The notes under the pieces are model-generated. The model was not told the DNA's origin. It saw nothing but the letters and a program-made list of their open reading frames with translations, and did not search any database. Source: Verrucomicrobiia bacterium (GTDB lineage: Bacteria; Verrucomicrobiota; Verrucomicrobiia; Limisphaerales; CAIMTB01). From it: a stretch of DNA of 64,000 bases. The position numbers and the translations under genes were made by a program. How positions within the stretch are numbered: the stretch's first letter is position 1; every line of letters begins with the position of its first letter. The stretch covers positions 37,561-101,560 of the forward strand of contig JAHCBA010000009.1 in the NCBI GenBank assembly GCA_019634625.1, given 5' to 3'. Shown here one piece after another: positions 9,246 through 18,300 of the stretch.

Positions 9246-9373
9246 GCATGCGGAATGGGAGGTCCGAACAGGATCGAACCCATCGGGCCAGCCATGAGGC
9301 GACGCTTATACGGTGTGGCTGCGGGTCGAGGACGATGACGAGGACGAGTACCGCCCTTCGGGCTGAGTACGAG
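9246..9373 (+). repeat. R3 repeat (~125 nt) ending in a GCCC-UUCG-GGC tetraloop hairpin
   Basis: It aligns by eye along its whole length with 48983-49105. The shared 3' block is CCGCCCTTCGGGCTGAGTACGAG. Confidence 0.8.
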
Positions 9374-9384
9374 GATGGAGGGGG

Positions 9385-9665
9385 GTGCGATGGGATTGCG
9401 GACTCGCGGAGCTCGTCCCTCCGAAGGGTGGAGCGGAGGGGTGAGATCGGAGGGGCCGAGTTCCACGAGGCCGCAGGGGTGTGGTGCGATGGGATGAGGA
9501 CTCGCGGAGCTCGTCCCTCCGAAGGGTGGAGCGGAGGGGTGAAATCGGAGGGCCGAGTTTGACGAGGCCAAAGGGGAGTGGAGCATGGGGATGAGGACTC
9601 GCGGAGCTCGTCCCTCCGAAGGGTGAAGCGTGGGGGGTGAATCCGGAGGGCCGGGCTCTGCGAGG
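9385..9665 (+). repeat. R1 repeat, three tandem ~97-98-bp units
   Basis: The cores ACTCGCGGAGCTCGTCCCTCCG lie at 9402, 9500 and 9597. Each unit also carries the CCTCCG-N10-CGGAGG hairpin. Confidence 0.9.
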
Positions 9666-9671
9666 CCGAAT

Positions 9672-11063
9672 TCAGCGCAGGGGCAGGCGGACTTCGAAGA
9701 TGGAACCGCGATCGGGGACGCTGTGGACGGCGACGCGTCCGCGGTGGGCTTCGACCAGGGCCCGGACGACGCTGAGGCCGAGGCCGAGGCCGCGCTGGGA
9801 ACGGCTCTTGTCGCCGCGGTAGAGGCGGTCCCAGATGCGGGCCTGTTCCGCGGGCGGAATGCCCATGCCGTTGTCCTGGACCTCGATCACCGCGTCGGGC
9901 GGGGCGGCAAAGGCGCGGAGACGGACGGTGCCGCCGGCCGGCGTGTATTTGATGGCGTTGTCGAGGAGGTTGGCGATGACGGGGCGGAGCCGGGCGGCAT
10001 CGACGGGGGCGATGCAGGGTTCGCCGGGTTCGAGGACGACCGATACGCCGCGTTCCTCGGCCACATAGCCGTAGAGGTCCACCACTTCGGCCAGGACGGC
10101 GCGGAGATCGGAGGGAACGCGGTCCAGTCGCATGGTGCCGGTTTCGGCCTCGGCGACATCGAGGAGGACCTTGAGCATTTCGAGGACGCGGTCGGATTCC
10201 TCGACGCAGTCGGCCAGGGCCTCGTGGGCGGAGGCGGAATCGGGCGGGTTGCGCAGCGCGAGTTCGGCGGTGCCCCGGAGGCGGGCGAGAGGGGTGCGCA
10301 GGTCGTGGGCGACGTTGTCGAGGGACTCGCGCAGGCCCCGGATGAGGGAGCGGTTGCGTTCGAGGAGCCGGTTGAAGAGGCGGGCCAGTTCGTTGAGTTC
10401 ATCCTCGGAGGGGCCCACGGGGACACGGGCATCGAGATTGCCGGTGCGAAGGATGGACTGCGCGGTCTCGACCATCTCGCGCAGGGGCCGGGTGGCCCGG
10501 TGCGCGAGGAGGGAGCCTCCGAAGATGCCGAGGGCGACGACGGGAAGCATGACGCCGAAGAAGGCGCGGCGGAACGGGTCGAGGAGCGCATCGCGGCTGT
10601 CGGTGATGCGGCCGACCTCGATCCATGAGCCGTCGGCCAGTTGGGCCACGCGATAGACCAGGTCGCGTTCGGCATCGCGGGGCACGCGCAGCCAGACTTC
10701 GCGGCGGTAACGGCCGGGTCCGATTTCACGGGCGGCGACCTCGACCCAGCCGGCGGGGACGGACAGGACGACGGACGGTCCGCGGAGGCCGGTGAAGCGG
10801 ACATAGGGGACGCGGCCGCCGCGCAAGGACTCGGCCTGGAGATAGTCGCGCAGGCCGCGCAGGCCGCGGTCGGCGTAGATGAGGACGTATTCCTTGATCT
10901 GGGACTCGACCAGTTCGCGGTCCTTCCTGCCGACGGTGGCGTAGAGGAGGGCGTAGGTGAGGAGAAAGAGGACGACGGTACTGCCAATGAACAGAATGGC
11001 GTACCAGAGGTTGAGCCGGAAGGTCAGCGACCGGCGGATGCGTTCAAGCGGCCTTGAGGACAT
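9672..11063 (-). CDS. Sensor histidine kinase (CusS / heavy-metal-sensor-like)
   Basis: It has two TM segments, a HAMP region, the H-box '[10 protein letters not shown]', the N-box '[12 protein letters not shown]' and the G-boxes 'VQDNGMGI' / 'GLGLGLS'. Confidence 0.9.
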   Translation of the reverse strand: MSSRPLERIRRSLTFRLNLWYAILFIGSTVVLFLLTYALLYATVGRKDRELVESQIKEYVLIYADRGLRGLRDYLQAESLRGGRVPYVRFTGLRGPSVVLSVPAGWVEVAAREIGPGRYRREVWLRVPRDAERDLVYRVAQLADGSWIEVGRITDSRDALLDPFRRAFFGVMLPVVALGIFGGSLLAHRATRPLREMVETAQSILRTGNLDARVPVGPSEDELNELARLFNRLLERNRSLIRGLRESLDNVAHDLRTPLARLRGTAELALRNPPDSASAHEALADCVEESDRVLEMLKVLLDVAEAETGTMRLDRVPSDLRAVLAEVVDLYGYVAEERGVSVVLEPGEPCIAPVDAARLRPVIANLLDNAIKYTPAGGTVRLRAFAAPPDAVIEVQDNGMGIPPAEQARIWDRLYRGDKSRSQRGLGLGLSVVRALVEAHRGRVAVHSVPDRGSIFEVRLPLR

Positions 11064-11718
11064 AGCCCACCCCGCGGATCGTGTGGATCATCCTGGTCGG
11101 GAAATCGCGGTCGATCTTCTGCCGGAGGCGGGAGACGAGGACGTCCACGACATTGGTCTGGGGATCGAAGCTGTAGTCGTACACGTGTTCGAGGATCATC
11201 GTCTTGGTGACGGCACGTCCGGGATGGCGCATGAGGTATTCGAGGAGGGCGAATTCGCGCGGCTGCAGTTCGACGCGCTGACCGGCGCGGGTGGTTTCGC
11301 GGGTGAGCAGGTCGAGTTTCAGGTCGCCCACTTCGAGCCGGGTGGGCTCGGCGGCCTGGGTGGCGCGGCGGATCAACGCCTGGATGCGGGCCAGCAGTTC
11401 GGAGAAGGCGAAGGGTTTGGTCAGGTAATCGTCCCCGCCGGCCTGAAGTCCGCGAATCCGATCGTCCACGGACGCCTTGGCGCTGAGGAAGATCACGGGG
11501 GTCGTGGCGCCCTCTCGGCGCAGACGCTGGACCAGGCGGATGCCGTCGAGCCCGGGCAGCATGACATCGACGACCGCGGCGTCGTAGGGAACCGTCGCGG
11601 CCAGCACATGGGCCTCGTTGCCGTCGCGGCAATGATCCACGGCGAATCCGCTCTGCTTGAGCCCCTTGACCACGAACGAGGCGATCTTGGGATCGTCTTC
11701 GACAACGAGCACGCGCAT
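11044..11718 (-). CDS. OmpR/PhoB-family response regulator (CusR-like)
   Basis: It has the '[12 protein letters not shown]...[11 protein letters not shown]' receiver, the '[25 protein letters not shown]' linker and a winged-helix C-terminus. It overlaps the kinase start by 20 bp. Confidence 0.92.
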   Translation of the reverse strand: MRVLVVEDDPKIASFVVKGLKQSGFAVDHCRDGNEAHVLAATVPYDAAVVDVMLPGLDGIRLVQRLRREGATTPVIFLSAKASVDDRIRGLQAGGDDYLTKPFAFSELLARIQALIRRATQAAEPTRLEVGDLKLDLLTRETTRAGQRVELQPREFALLEYLMRHPGRAVTKTMILEHVYDYSFDPQTNVVDVLVSRLRQKIDRDFPTRMIHTIRGVGYVLKAA

Positions 11719-11776
11719 GGGCGGCAGAAGGGATGGAGGCTGGCGACCCGGTCGGGATGCCGGAGCCGGCGTGGTG

Positions 11777-14700
11777 TCAATCCACGAACATGGCTTCGTT
11801 GGCCATGAGCAGGACCTGACCGTAGCGTTCCCAGGGAGTCAGCGGCCGGGTGGTGCCGGAGGGACCTTCGAAATCGGCCCGGGCGTCCCAGGACGGTTCC
11901 GGGGCTCCGGATTCGGCGGCCGACAGATCCCGAAGCCGGGGGGCCCAGCGGAACGAGTCCGTGTGCTCGTCGGCGCGGCATTCCACCACGAAGTCGATGT
12001 GGTCGCCCCGGAGGACGCGGATGCCGTCGATCCCGGTCTGGGTTGAGCCCTTGTGAACGTCCCATTGGCCGAGGAGCCCGTGGCGCGAGGCGACGACGAG
12101 GGCGCGCACGCCGTCGCCGGCTTCGCCCGGGTGACGCAGAGTGCCGCGAATCTCGATCAGCCCGTCGGCGGGGGCGGTCCAGCGGCGGATGGCGGGTCCG
12201 TGAGCGGGCGAACCTGGATGTCCGCCCTCGGCGGAGAGGCTGATCCAGCCGAGGGTCGGGTCCGGCAAATCGGGGCCTCCCTGCCAGGTGGAGCCGGTGA
12301 AATGGGGCAGGGGTTGGAAGTTGCGGACCTCCTGGGCCTGGGCGTCCCAGGTGCCGTGGCCGTATTGCCAGACGGGCACCGGCTCGGCGGAGGGCGGATC
12401 GCCGGCGGCGGCGAGAAAGTGTTCCGCGAGGGCGATCTCCCCGGCGTCGGGGACGCGCTGGAAGACGACGCGATAGAGCTGGGTGACGCGTTCGGCGACG
12501 GAGCCGGCCTGGGCGACTTCGGGCCGGCGCACGAGGTGGCGGGCCTGGTCGAGGACGAAGGGACTGTTCATGAAGAACAGCGCCTGCTGGGGGACGGTGG
12601 TCTGGAAGCGTTGGGCGCTGGTGGTGTCGGGGCTGGCGAAGTCGAAGGTGCGGAAGACACCGGGGAGGTTCTGGCGTTCGACGAAGCCGTACACCGTCCG
12701 TCGCGGCTGGTAGTTCTGGGCGGCGATCTCGACCGCGTGACCGCCCATGGTCAGGTCGAGCTGGCCGCTGGCCTGGAGGAGCATGTCGCGCAGCGCCTCG
12801 AAATCGAGGCGGCGCCGGTTCTGGTGGGAGAGCAGGCGGTTGTCGGGATCCTTCACGGCGGCCTCGGGGGTGACATGACCCGACTGCTGCCAGGTGGCGG
12901 AATGCAGGATGAGCCGGTGCAGCGCCTTCATGGACCAGCCTTCGGCCACGAAGGACGCGGCCAGCCAGTCGAGGAGTTTGGGGTGGGTCGGCGGGTCGGC
13001 GCGAAGACCGAAGTCGCCTGGGGTGCGGACCAGTCCGGCGCCGAAGTGGTGGATCCAGGCACGATTGACGGCGACGCGGGCGGTGAGCGGGTTGTCGGGG
13101 CTGGCGATGGCACGGGCCAGTTCGAGGCGGCCGCTTCCCTGGGTGAACGGCTGCCGTTCCGGACCGGAAAGGAGTTCGAGGAACTGGCGGGGGACCGTGT
13201 CACCGCGATTTCCCGGGTTGCCGCGGCGAAAGACCACCGGCTCGACCGGGCGGGATTTGTCCACCAGGGCCATGGCGCGGGGCGGCGCTCCCGGATGGGT
13301 GGCCTGCAACTGCTCGACCGCACGTTGCAGGGCCCGTTGCCGCTGGCCCTCGGGGACATCGAAGAGGCGGTGCAGTTCGCCCCGGGACAGGGCGATCGGC
13401 GCGTTCTCGGAGGCGAGAAAGTCCTTCAACGAGATGTCGGCCGGATCGGTGAACAGGCGGTCGTAACGTTCGGCCACCTCCTTCAGCGAGGTGGGGGGAT
13501 CCCCGGCAAAGGCCTCCACCACCGGGGCGGGATGGCCGGATGCGCCGGCCGGACTTGCAATGGCCGCGGCGACTGCGGCGGCGTCGTCGGCGAAGGATTC
13601 CGACGGAAGCGCCGCGAAGGCGAGCCATGCTGCGAAGAGCGGGTTGGGGTCCTGTCGCCAGCCTTCCACGGCCGCGATCCAGCGGTTGACCACCACCGGG
13701 CTGAGCTGGCGCGACCGGGCGATCTCCTCGCGCTTGCCGGCGTCCTCGAAGGCTGCCGCGTCGTGGGCGGCCAGAAGGTGGGTGCCGACGGTGCGCCGCA
13801 GTTTCGCGCGGTGTTCCTCCTCCTTGGAGCGGACGAACTCGTCGCGTTCCGTTTCGCGCCGGGAAAGTTCGGCGGCGAACTCGGCATGGCGGGCGGCATC
13901 GGGGATGGTGCCCAGCAGCGGTTTCTCGGCGGGTTCCTCGGACGAGGCGAAAACGCCGTAGAGGGAGTAGTAATCCGCGGTGGGGATGGGATCGTACTTG
14001 TGATCGTGGCAGCGGGCGCAGCTCACCGTGAGGGCCATGGTGCCCCGGGTCAGGACATCGATCCGGTCGTCGATGATGTCGTGCGCGTTGTTCAGGAAAC
14101 GCCGGCCGAGGGTCAGGAAGCCCATCGCCGCCAGGGCGGTCCGGTCGTCTTCGGTGACCACGGCATCGGCGGCAATCTGTTCCAGAAGGAACTGGTCGTA
14201 GGGTTTGTCGTCGTTGAAGGCGCGGACGACGTAGTCCCGATAGGTGTAGGCGTAAGGGTAGCGGCGCTCCTCTTCGAACACGTACCCCTTGGTGTCGGCG
14301 TACCGGGCGACATCCAGCCAGTGGCGACCCCAGCGTTCCCCGTACCGGGGCGAGGCGAGGAGCCGGTCCACCACCTGCTCGAAGGCGTCGGGCGAGGGAT
14401 CGGCTTCGAAGGCGGCCACTTCCTCGTCCGTGGGGGGCAGTCCGGTGAGGACGAAGCTGGCCCGGCGGATCAGGGTGAACCGGTCGGCCTGGGGTGCTGG
14501 GGTGAGACCGGCCTTCTCGATGCCGGCCAGGATGAAGCGGTCGATGCCGTTGCGGACCCAGGAGACGTCCGAGACCTCCGGGAGTTCCGGCGTGCGGACC
14601 GGTTGAAACGCCCAGTGCCCTGCGGCGAGCTGGGCGGGGTCGGGCAGGGCCTCTCCGTCGGTGCGGGGATCGGGGGCCCCCATGCGGACCCACGCCTCGA

Positions 14701-15082
14701 GGAGCGCGATGTGTTCGTCGGGCAGCTTCTTGCGCGGGGGCATGGCCAGGTCGTCGTCCTCGTGCCGAACCGCCTGGATCAACGGGCTGGCATCCGGATC
14801 GCCGGGGCGGATCGAGGGATTGCCGCTGACGCCTCCCTTCTCCCAGCCGGCTTTGGAGTCGAGCAGCAGATCGCCCCGGACCTTGTCAGCGCCCGCGCTG
14901 TGGCAGGAGTAGCAGGAATCGATCAGGAGCGGCCGGATATGGGTTTCGAAGAACTCGATGCCGTCGAGGTCCGGGCCGGCGCTCGAAGCGGGCGTCGCCA
15001 GGGGCAGGAAGGCCATCAGAACGCCGGCCAGCGGCGAGGCCGCCCGGGAGAGCAGGCGCAGGCGGGAACGGGGCGAGTCCAT
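11777..15082 (-). CDS. PSCyt1 / DUF1549 / DUF1553 family protein (planctomycete-type cytochrome c domain protein)
   Basis: It has a signal peptide, the 'CYSCHSAGADKVRGDLLLD' heme motif and the 'CARCHDHKYDPI' DUF1549/1553 hallmark. An extra ~200-aa C-terminal domain follows. Confidence 0.9.
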   Translation of the reverse strand: MDSPRSRLRLLSRAASPLAGVLMAFLPLATPASSAGPDLDGIEFFETHIRPLLIDSCYSCHSAGADKVRGDLLLDSKAGWEKGGVSGNPSIRPGDPDASPLIQAVRHEDDDLAMPPRKKLPDEHIALLEAWVRMGAPDPRTDGEALPDPAQLAAGHWAFQPVRTPELPEVSDVSWVRNGIDRFILAGIEKAGLTPAPQADRFTLIRRASFVLTGLPPTDEEVAAFEADPSPDAFEQVVDRLLASPRYGERWGRHWLDVARYADTKGYVFEEERRYPYAYTYRDYVVRAFNDDKPYDQFLLEQIAADAVVTEDDRTALAAMGFLTLGRRFLNNAHDIIDDRIDVLTRGTMALTVSCARCHDHKYDPIPTADYYSLYGVFASSEEPAEKPLLGTIPDAARHAEFAAELSRRETERDEFVRSKEEEHRAKLRRTVGTHLLAAHDAAAFEDAGKREEIARSRQLSPVVVNRWIAAVEGWRQDPNPLFAAWLAFAALPSESFADDAAAVAAAIASPAGASGHPAPVVEAFAGDPPTSLKEVAERYDRLFTDPADISLKDFLASENAPIALSRGELHRLFDVPEGQRQRALQRAVEQLQATHPGAPPRAMALVDKSRPVEPVVFRRGNPGNRGDTVPRQFLELLSGPERQPFTQGSGRLELARAIASPDNPLTARVAVNRAWIHHFGAGLVRTPGDFGLRADPPTHPKLLDWLAASFVAEGWSMKALHRLILHSATWQQSGHVTPEAAVKDPDNRLLSHQNRRRLDFEALRDMLLQASGQLDLTMGGHAVEIAAQNYQPRRTVYGFVERQNLPGVFRTFDFASPDTTSAQRFQTTVPQQALFFMNSPFVLDQARHLVRRPEVAQAGSVAERVTQLYRVVFQRVPDAGEIALAEHFLAAAGDPPSAEPVPVWQYGHGTWDAQAQEVRNFQPLPHFTGSTWQGGPDLPDPTLGWISLSAEGGHPGSPAHGPAIRRWTAPADGLIEIRGTLRHPGEAGDGVRALVVASRHGLLGQWDVHKGSTQTGIDGIRVLRGDHIDFVVECRADEHTDSFRWAPRLRDLSAAESGAPEPSWDARADFEGPSGTTRPLTPWERYGQVLLMANEAMFVD

Positions 15083-15145
15083 GGGTGCGAGTTATGCCGT
15101 GGCCGACGCCCGACGGCAACCCGGGGAATCGGGATGGGAAGGACT

Positions 15146-17161
15146 TCAGCCGGCCGGGGGCGGGCTGGCGATCCAGGCGCGGAGGTCTTCGAGTTCGAGT
15201 TCGAAGCCTCCGTTGAGGATGGGGAACCGGCACCAGGTCTTCGGGTCGAGGTTTTCGTCGTCGAGATGGAAGCTCGGGGCGTACCGCTCGCGCTTCCATT
15301 GGTTGCGGCACCAGAGGCGGAAGAAGCGTTCGATCCAACGGCCGAGTTGGGCCGGGTCGAGGTCGGGGAAGGCGGGCCGGACCAGCCGGAAGACCTCGAT
15401 GGGCGATCGTTTGTCGCGGATGGCGGCGCGTTCGATGGCATCGAGCAGGGGGTAGGGCATCAGGTCGTCCTCATCGGTCTGGGCCCGATCGGCGGGGCGC
15501 AATTCGGCGGTGGGCGCCTGGGCATTGACGGCGGCGAGGGCGGGAACCGGTGCGAGGCCGTGGGGACCTTCGCGTTCGAGCCAGACCAGCCAATGGCGGA
15601 GCCAGGCCTTGTCGATGCCGGCGATGGGGGCGAGCCCGCCGCTGGTGTCGCCGTCCATGGTGGCATAACCCACCGCGGCCTCGCTGCGGTTGCTGGTGGA
15701 GAGGAGGAGGGCGCCCTTGACGTTGGCGAGCATCCAGGCGCCGGGGGAACGGACGCGGGCCTGGATGTTCTGCAAAGCCAGGTCGTCTTCGCCCCAGGAG
15801 AGCGGGCGGCCGAGGGCCTTGGAGACAAGGTCCACGTAGCCCGCGTGCAGGGGGCTGACATCGAACTCGTGGTGTTCGGCCCCGACCGCCTCGGCCACGG
15901 CGCGGGCGGCGGCGCGGGTGATGCGTCCGCTGTTGGCGGTCGCCTGGTACACGGTGGTGAGGAGGGCGCGGGTAAGGGCGCGTTCAAGGGCACGTTCGCG
16001 GGAATCCGCGGGGGTGTCGGCTGGCAGACCCAGCCGGGCGCGGAGGCCGTCGATGCCGAGTTCGGCGGCGCCGAAGCGGACCATGAGGCCGACGAGGCAG
16101 GCAATGGCGGCGGAGTCGGCGCCCCCGCTGAGGGAGATCACGAAGCCGCGGGAGCGGCTTTTGCGGAGATAGTCGAACAGCGCCAGCGGGACGGCGCGGG
16201 CGAACTCCTCCTCCTTGAGGCACGGCGAGGTCTCCCAGGCGGGGGCCTCGGGCGGGCGGGATTCGGGCGGGCATTCCGGCCAGGGGAAGTCGGGCACCAC
16301 GATGCGTCCGGGATCGGAGCCGAGGTGGGGTTGGAAGGCGGTCCGGCGGGCCTGTTCGAGGCGGGTGAGGTCGACATCCACGACCGCGCTGGTGACGCGA
16401 TGTTCGGCGTAGGAGAAGCGGGGTCCGAGGGCGACCAGGCGTCCGGCGGTGGCGATCATGGCCTCGCCGTCATAGATGGCGCGGCCGGCTTCGTTGCCGA
16501 GGAGGTTGGCGTACACGTAGCTGCAGGCGAAGGCGCGGGAGCCTTCGAGGACGAACCGCTGCCGCACCGCGATCTTGCCGAAGGCGAAGTGACTGGCGCT
16601 GGGGTTGAGAATGACATCGACCCCATGGCGGGCGAGGCGGATGCCGGGGCGGGTGGCGACCCAGGCATCCTCGCAGATTTCGAAGCCGAAGCGGACACCG
16701 CCGATGTCGAAGGCCAGGTCGCCCACGGGGACGGGTTGCCCGGCGACCAGGACGGTGTCATGGACGCCGGCCGGCCAGGGTTTGAACCAGCGGGGTTCGT
16801 AGTGGATGCCGTCGCCGGCGAGGTGCTGTTTGCCGACGAATCCCTGGAGGCGCCCATCGACGGCCAGCGCGGCGACGTTGTAGATGCCATTCCGGACGCG
16901 GAGCGGAAGGCCGAAGGAGACGACCATGCCGCGGGTGCGGGGCAGCAGATCGAGGAGGGCTTCGAGGGCGTGGTGAAGGGTGTTGGGGGACTGGAAGGTG
17001 TCCTCGCAGCCGTAGCCGGAGATGCCGAGTTCGGGGAGGCAGAGGACGGAGGCGCCCTGGGCGCGGGCCTGGTCGATGGCGGCGCCGATCCGGGCGCGGT
17101 TGCCCCGCCAGTCGAGGGGGGTCTGGTTGAGGACCGCAGCGGCGAGACGGATGAGCTTCAT
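15146..17161 (-). CDS. nadE: Glutamine-dependent NAD+ synthetase
   Basis: The N-terminal CN-hydrolase domain has 'FEICEDAW', with the catalytic Cys. The C-terminal synthetase domain has the 'ISLSGGADSAA' PP-loop. Confidence 0.92.
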   Translation of the reverse strand: MKLIRLAAAVLNQTPLDWRGNRARIGAAIDQARAQGASVLCLPELGISGYGCEDTFQSPNTLHHALEALLDLLPRTRGMVVSFGLPLRVRNGIYNVAALAVDGRLQGFVGKQHLAGDGIHYEPRWFKPWPAGVHDTVLVAGQPVPVGDLAFDIGGVRFGFEICEDAWVATRPGIRLARHGVDVILNPSASHFAFGKIAVRQRFVLEGSRAFACSYVYANLLGNEAGRAIYDGEAMIATAGRLVALGPRFSYAEHRVTSAVVDVDLTRLEQARRTAFQPHLGSDPGRIVVPDFPWPECPPESRPPEAPAWETSPCLKEEEFARAVPLALFDYLRKSRSRGFVISLSGGADSAAIACLVGLMVRFGAAELGIDGLRARLGLPADTPADSRERALERALTRALLTTVYQATANSGRITRAAARAVAEAVGAEHHEFDVSPLHAGYVDLVSKALGRPLSWGEDDLALQNIQARVRSPGAWMLANVKGALLLSTSNRSEAAVGYATMDGDTSGGLAPIAGIDKAWLRHWLVWLEREGPHGLAPVPALAAVNAQAPTAELRPADRAQTDEDDLMPYPLLDAIERAAIRDKRSPIEVFRLVRPAFPDLDPAQLGRWIERFFRLWCRNQWKRERYAPSFHLDDENLDPKTWCRFPILNGGFELELEDLRAWIASPPPAG

Positions 17162-17298
17162 GGCGCCGCGGGGACTTTATCCGGGGGCGGCGGCGCGTCG
17201 AGACCCCCTTCGGCCCATCGGGTGGGCGCAAACTCCGTGTTGCAATCGGGAGCGTCGCGGAGAAGCCTCGCGGCGCTGACGCCGATCCAGTTCGCACC

Positions 17299-18300
17299 AT
17301 GACGACATCGACCCAAGACCCGCTCGCCTCCCTTTCCCGCCTGCAGGATGCCCGCGCCGCGCTCGAGCGCGAACTGGCCAAGGTCATTGTGGGCCAGCGT
17401 GAGGTGATCGAGCAGATCCTGATTGCGATTTTCACGAGGAGCCACGCGGTGCTGGTGGGGGTGCCGGGGCTGGCGAAGACCCTGCTGGTCTCGAGTCTGG
17501 CGCGCTCGCTCCATCTGAGCTTCAAACGGATCCAGTTCACGCCGGACCTGATGCCCTCGGACATCACCGGCACCGAGGTGATCTACCAGGACCCGGTGTC
17601 CGGGGAGCGGCGGTTCAAGTTCCTGCCTGGTCCGATCTTCGCCAACGTCATTCTGGCGGACGAAATCAACCGGACGCCGCCCAAGACGCAGGCGGCGATG
17701 CTGGAGGCCATGCAGGAGCGGAAGGTGACTGCCGGGGGAACGGATTATCCGCTGCCGGACCCGTTCTTCGTGCTGGCCACGCAGAATCCACTCGAGCAGG
17801 AGGGGACCTATCCGCTGCCCGAGGCGCAACTCGACCGGTTTCTGTTCATGATCACCGTCGATTACCCCAGTTCGAGCGAGGAACTCGAGATCATGAAGCG
17901 CGGCACGACGGCATCGGAAGGTGCGCCCGAACCCGTGTTGTCGGCGGAGGAGATCATCCAGTTGCAGGCGGGCGTGCGGCGGATCCCGATCGCCGATCAT
18001 GTGTACCAGTACGCCGAGACGCTGGTGCGGGTGACGCGCCCCAAGGACCCCACGGCCCTCGATCTCTGCAAGAAATGGCTGAGCTGGGGGGCGGGACCGC
18101 GTGCCAGCCTGAGCCTGGTGGTGGCGGCGCGGGCCCGGGCTCTTTTGAGAGGCGAGGACTGCGTGAGTTGCGCCGATGTGGCCGCCATCGCGCCCGCCGT
18201 CATGCGGCACCGACTGGGCCCGAATTTTGCGGCCCAGAGCGACGGCGTTTCCCCGGACGAGATCGTCCGGCAGATCATCGCGGCGATCCCGCAGCACTGA
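17299..18300 (+). CDS. MoxR-family AAA+ ATPase
   Basis: It has 'HAVLVGVPGLAKT' Walker A, 'ILADEINRTPPKTQAAMLEAMQE' Walker B/sensor and 'ATQNPLEQEGTYPLPEAQLDRF'. Confidence 0.9.
   Translation: MTTSTQDPLASLSRLQDARAALERELAKVIVGQREVIEQILIAIFTRSHAVLVGVPGLAKTLLVSSLARSLHLSFKRIQFTPDLMPSDITGTEVIYQDPVSGERRFKFLPGPIFANVILADEINRTPPKTQAAMLEAMQERKVTAGGTDYPLPDPFFVLATQNPLEQEGTYPLPEAQLDRFLFMITVDYPSSSEELEIMKRGTTASEGAPEPVLSAEEIIQLQAGVRRIPIADHVYQYAETLVRVTRPKDPTALDLCKKWLSWGAGPRASLSLVVAARARALLRGEDCVSCADVAAIAPAVMRHRLGPNFAAQSDGVSPDEIVRQIIAAIPQH

Noticed and set aside
9255-9295. tRNA-like T-arm motif (GGATCGAACCC / GGTTCGAAC) inside R3; similar GGTCGAACCC at 8868-8880
   Set aside because: No acceptor stem, D-arm or anticodon arm can be folded around it. 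The motif is part of a repeat that also occurs at 48990-49020 in diverged form. At most it is a tRNA-derived remnant, not a tRNA gene.
12053-17302. 1749-aa ORF on the plus strand
   Set aside because: It is antisense to the DUF1553 gene and nadE, both of which have clear family motifs. It shows the same low-complexity G/A/E/D/V composition. The same reasoning applies to 2124..4046, 20313..22016, 36827..39883, 54772..56199 and 59996..61804.
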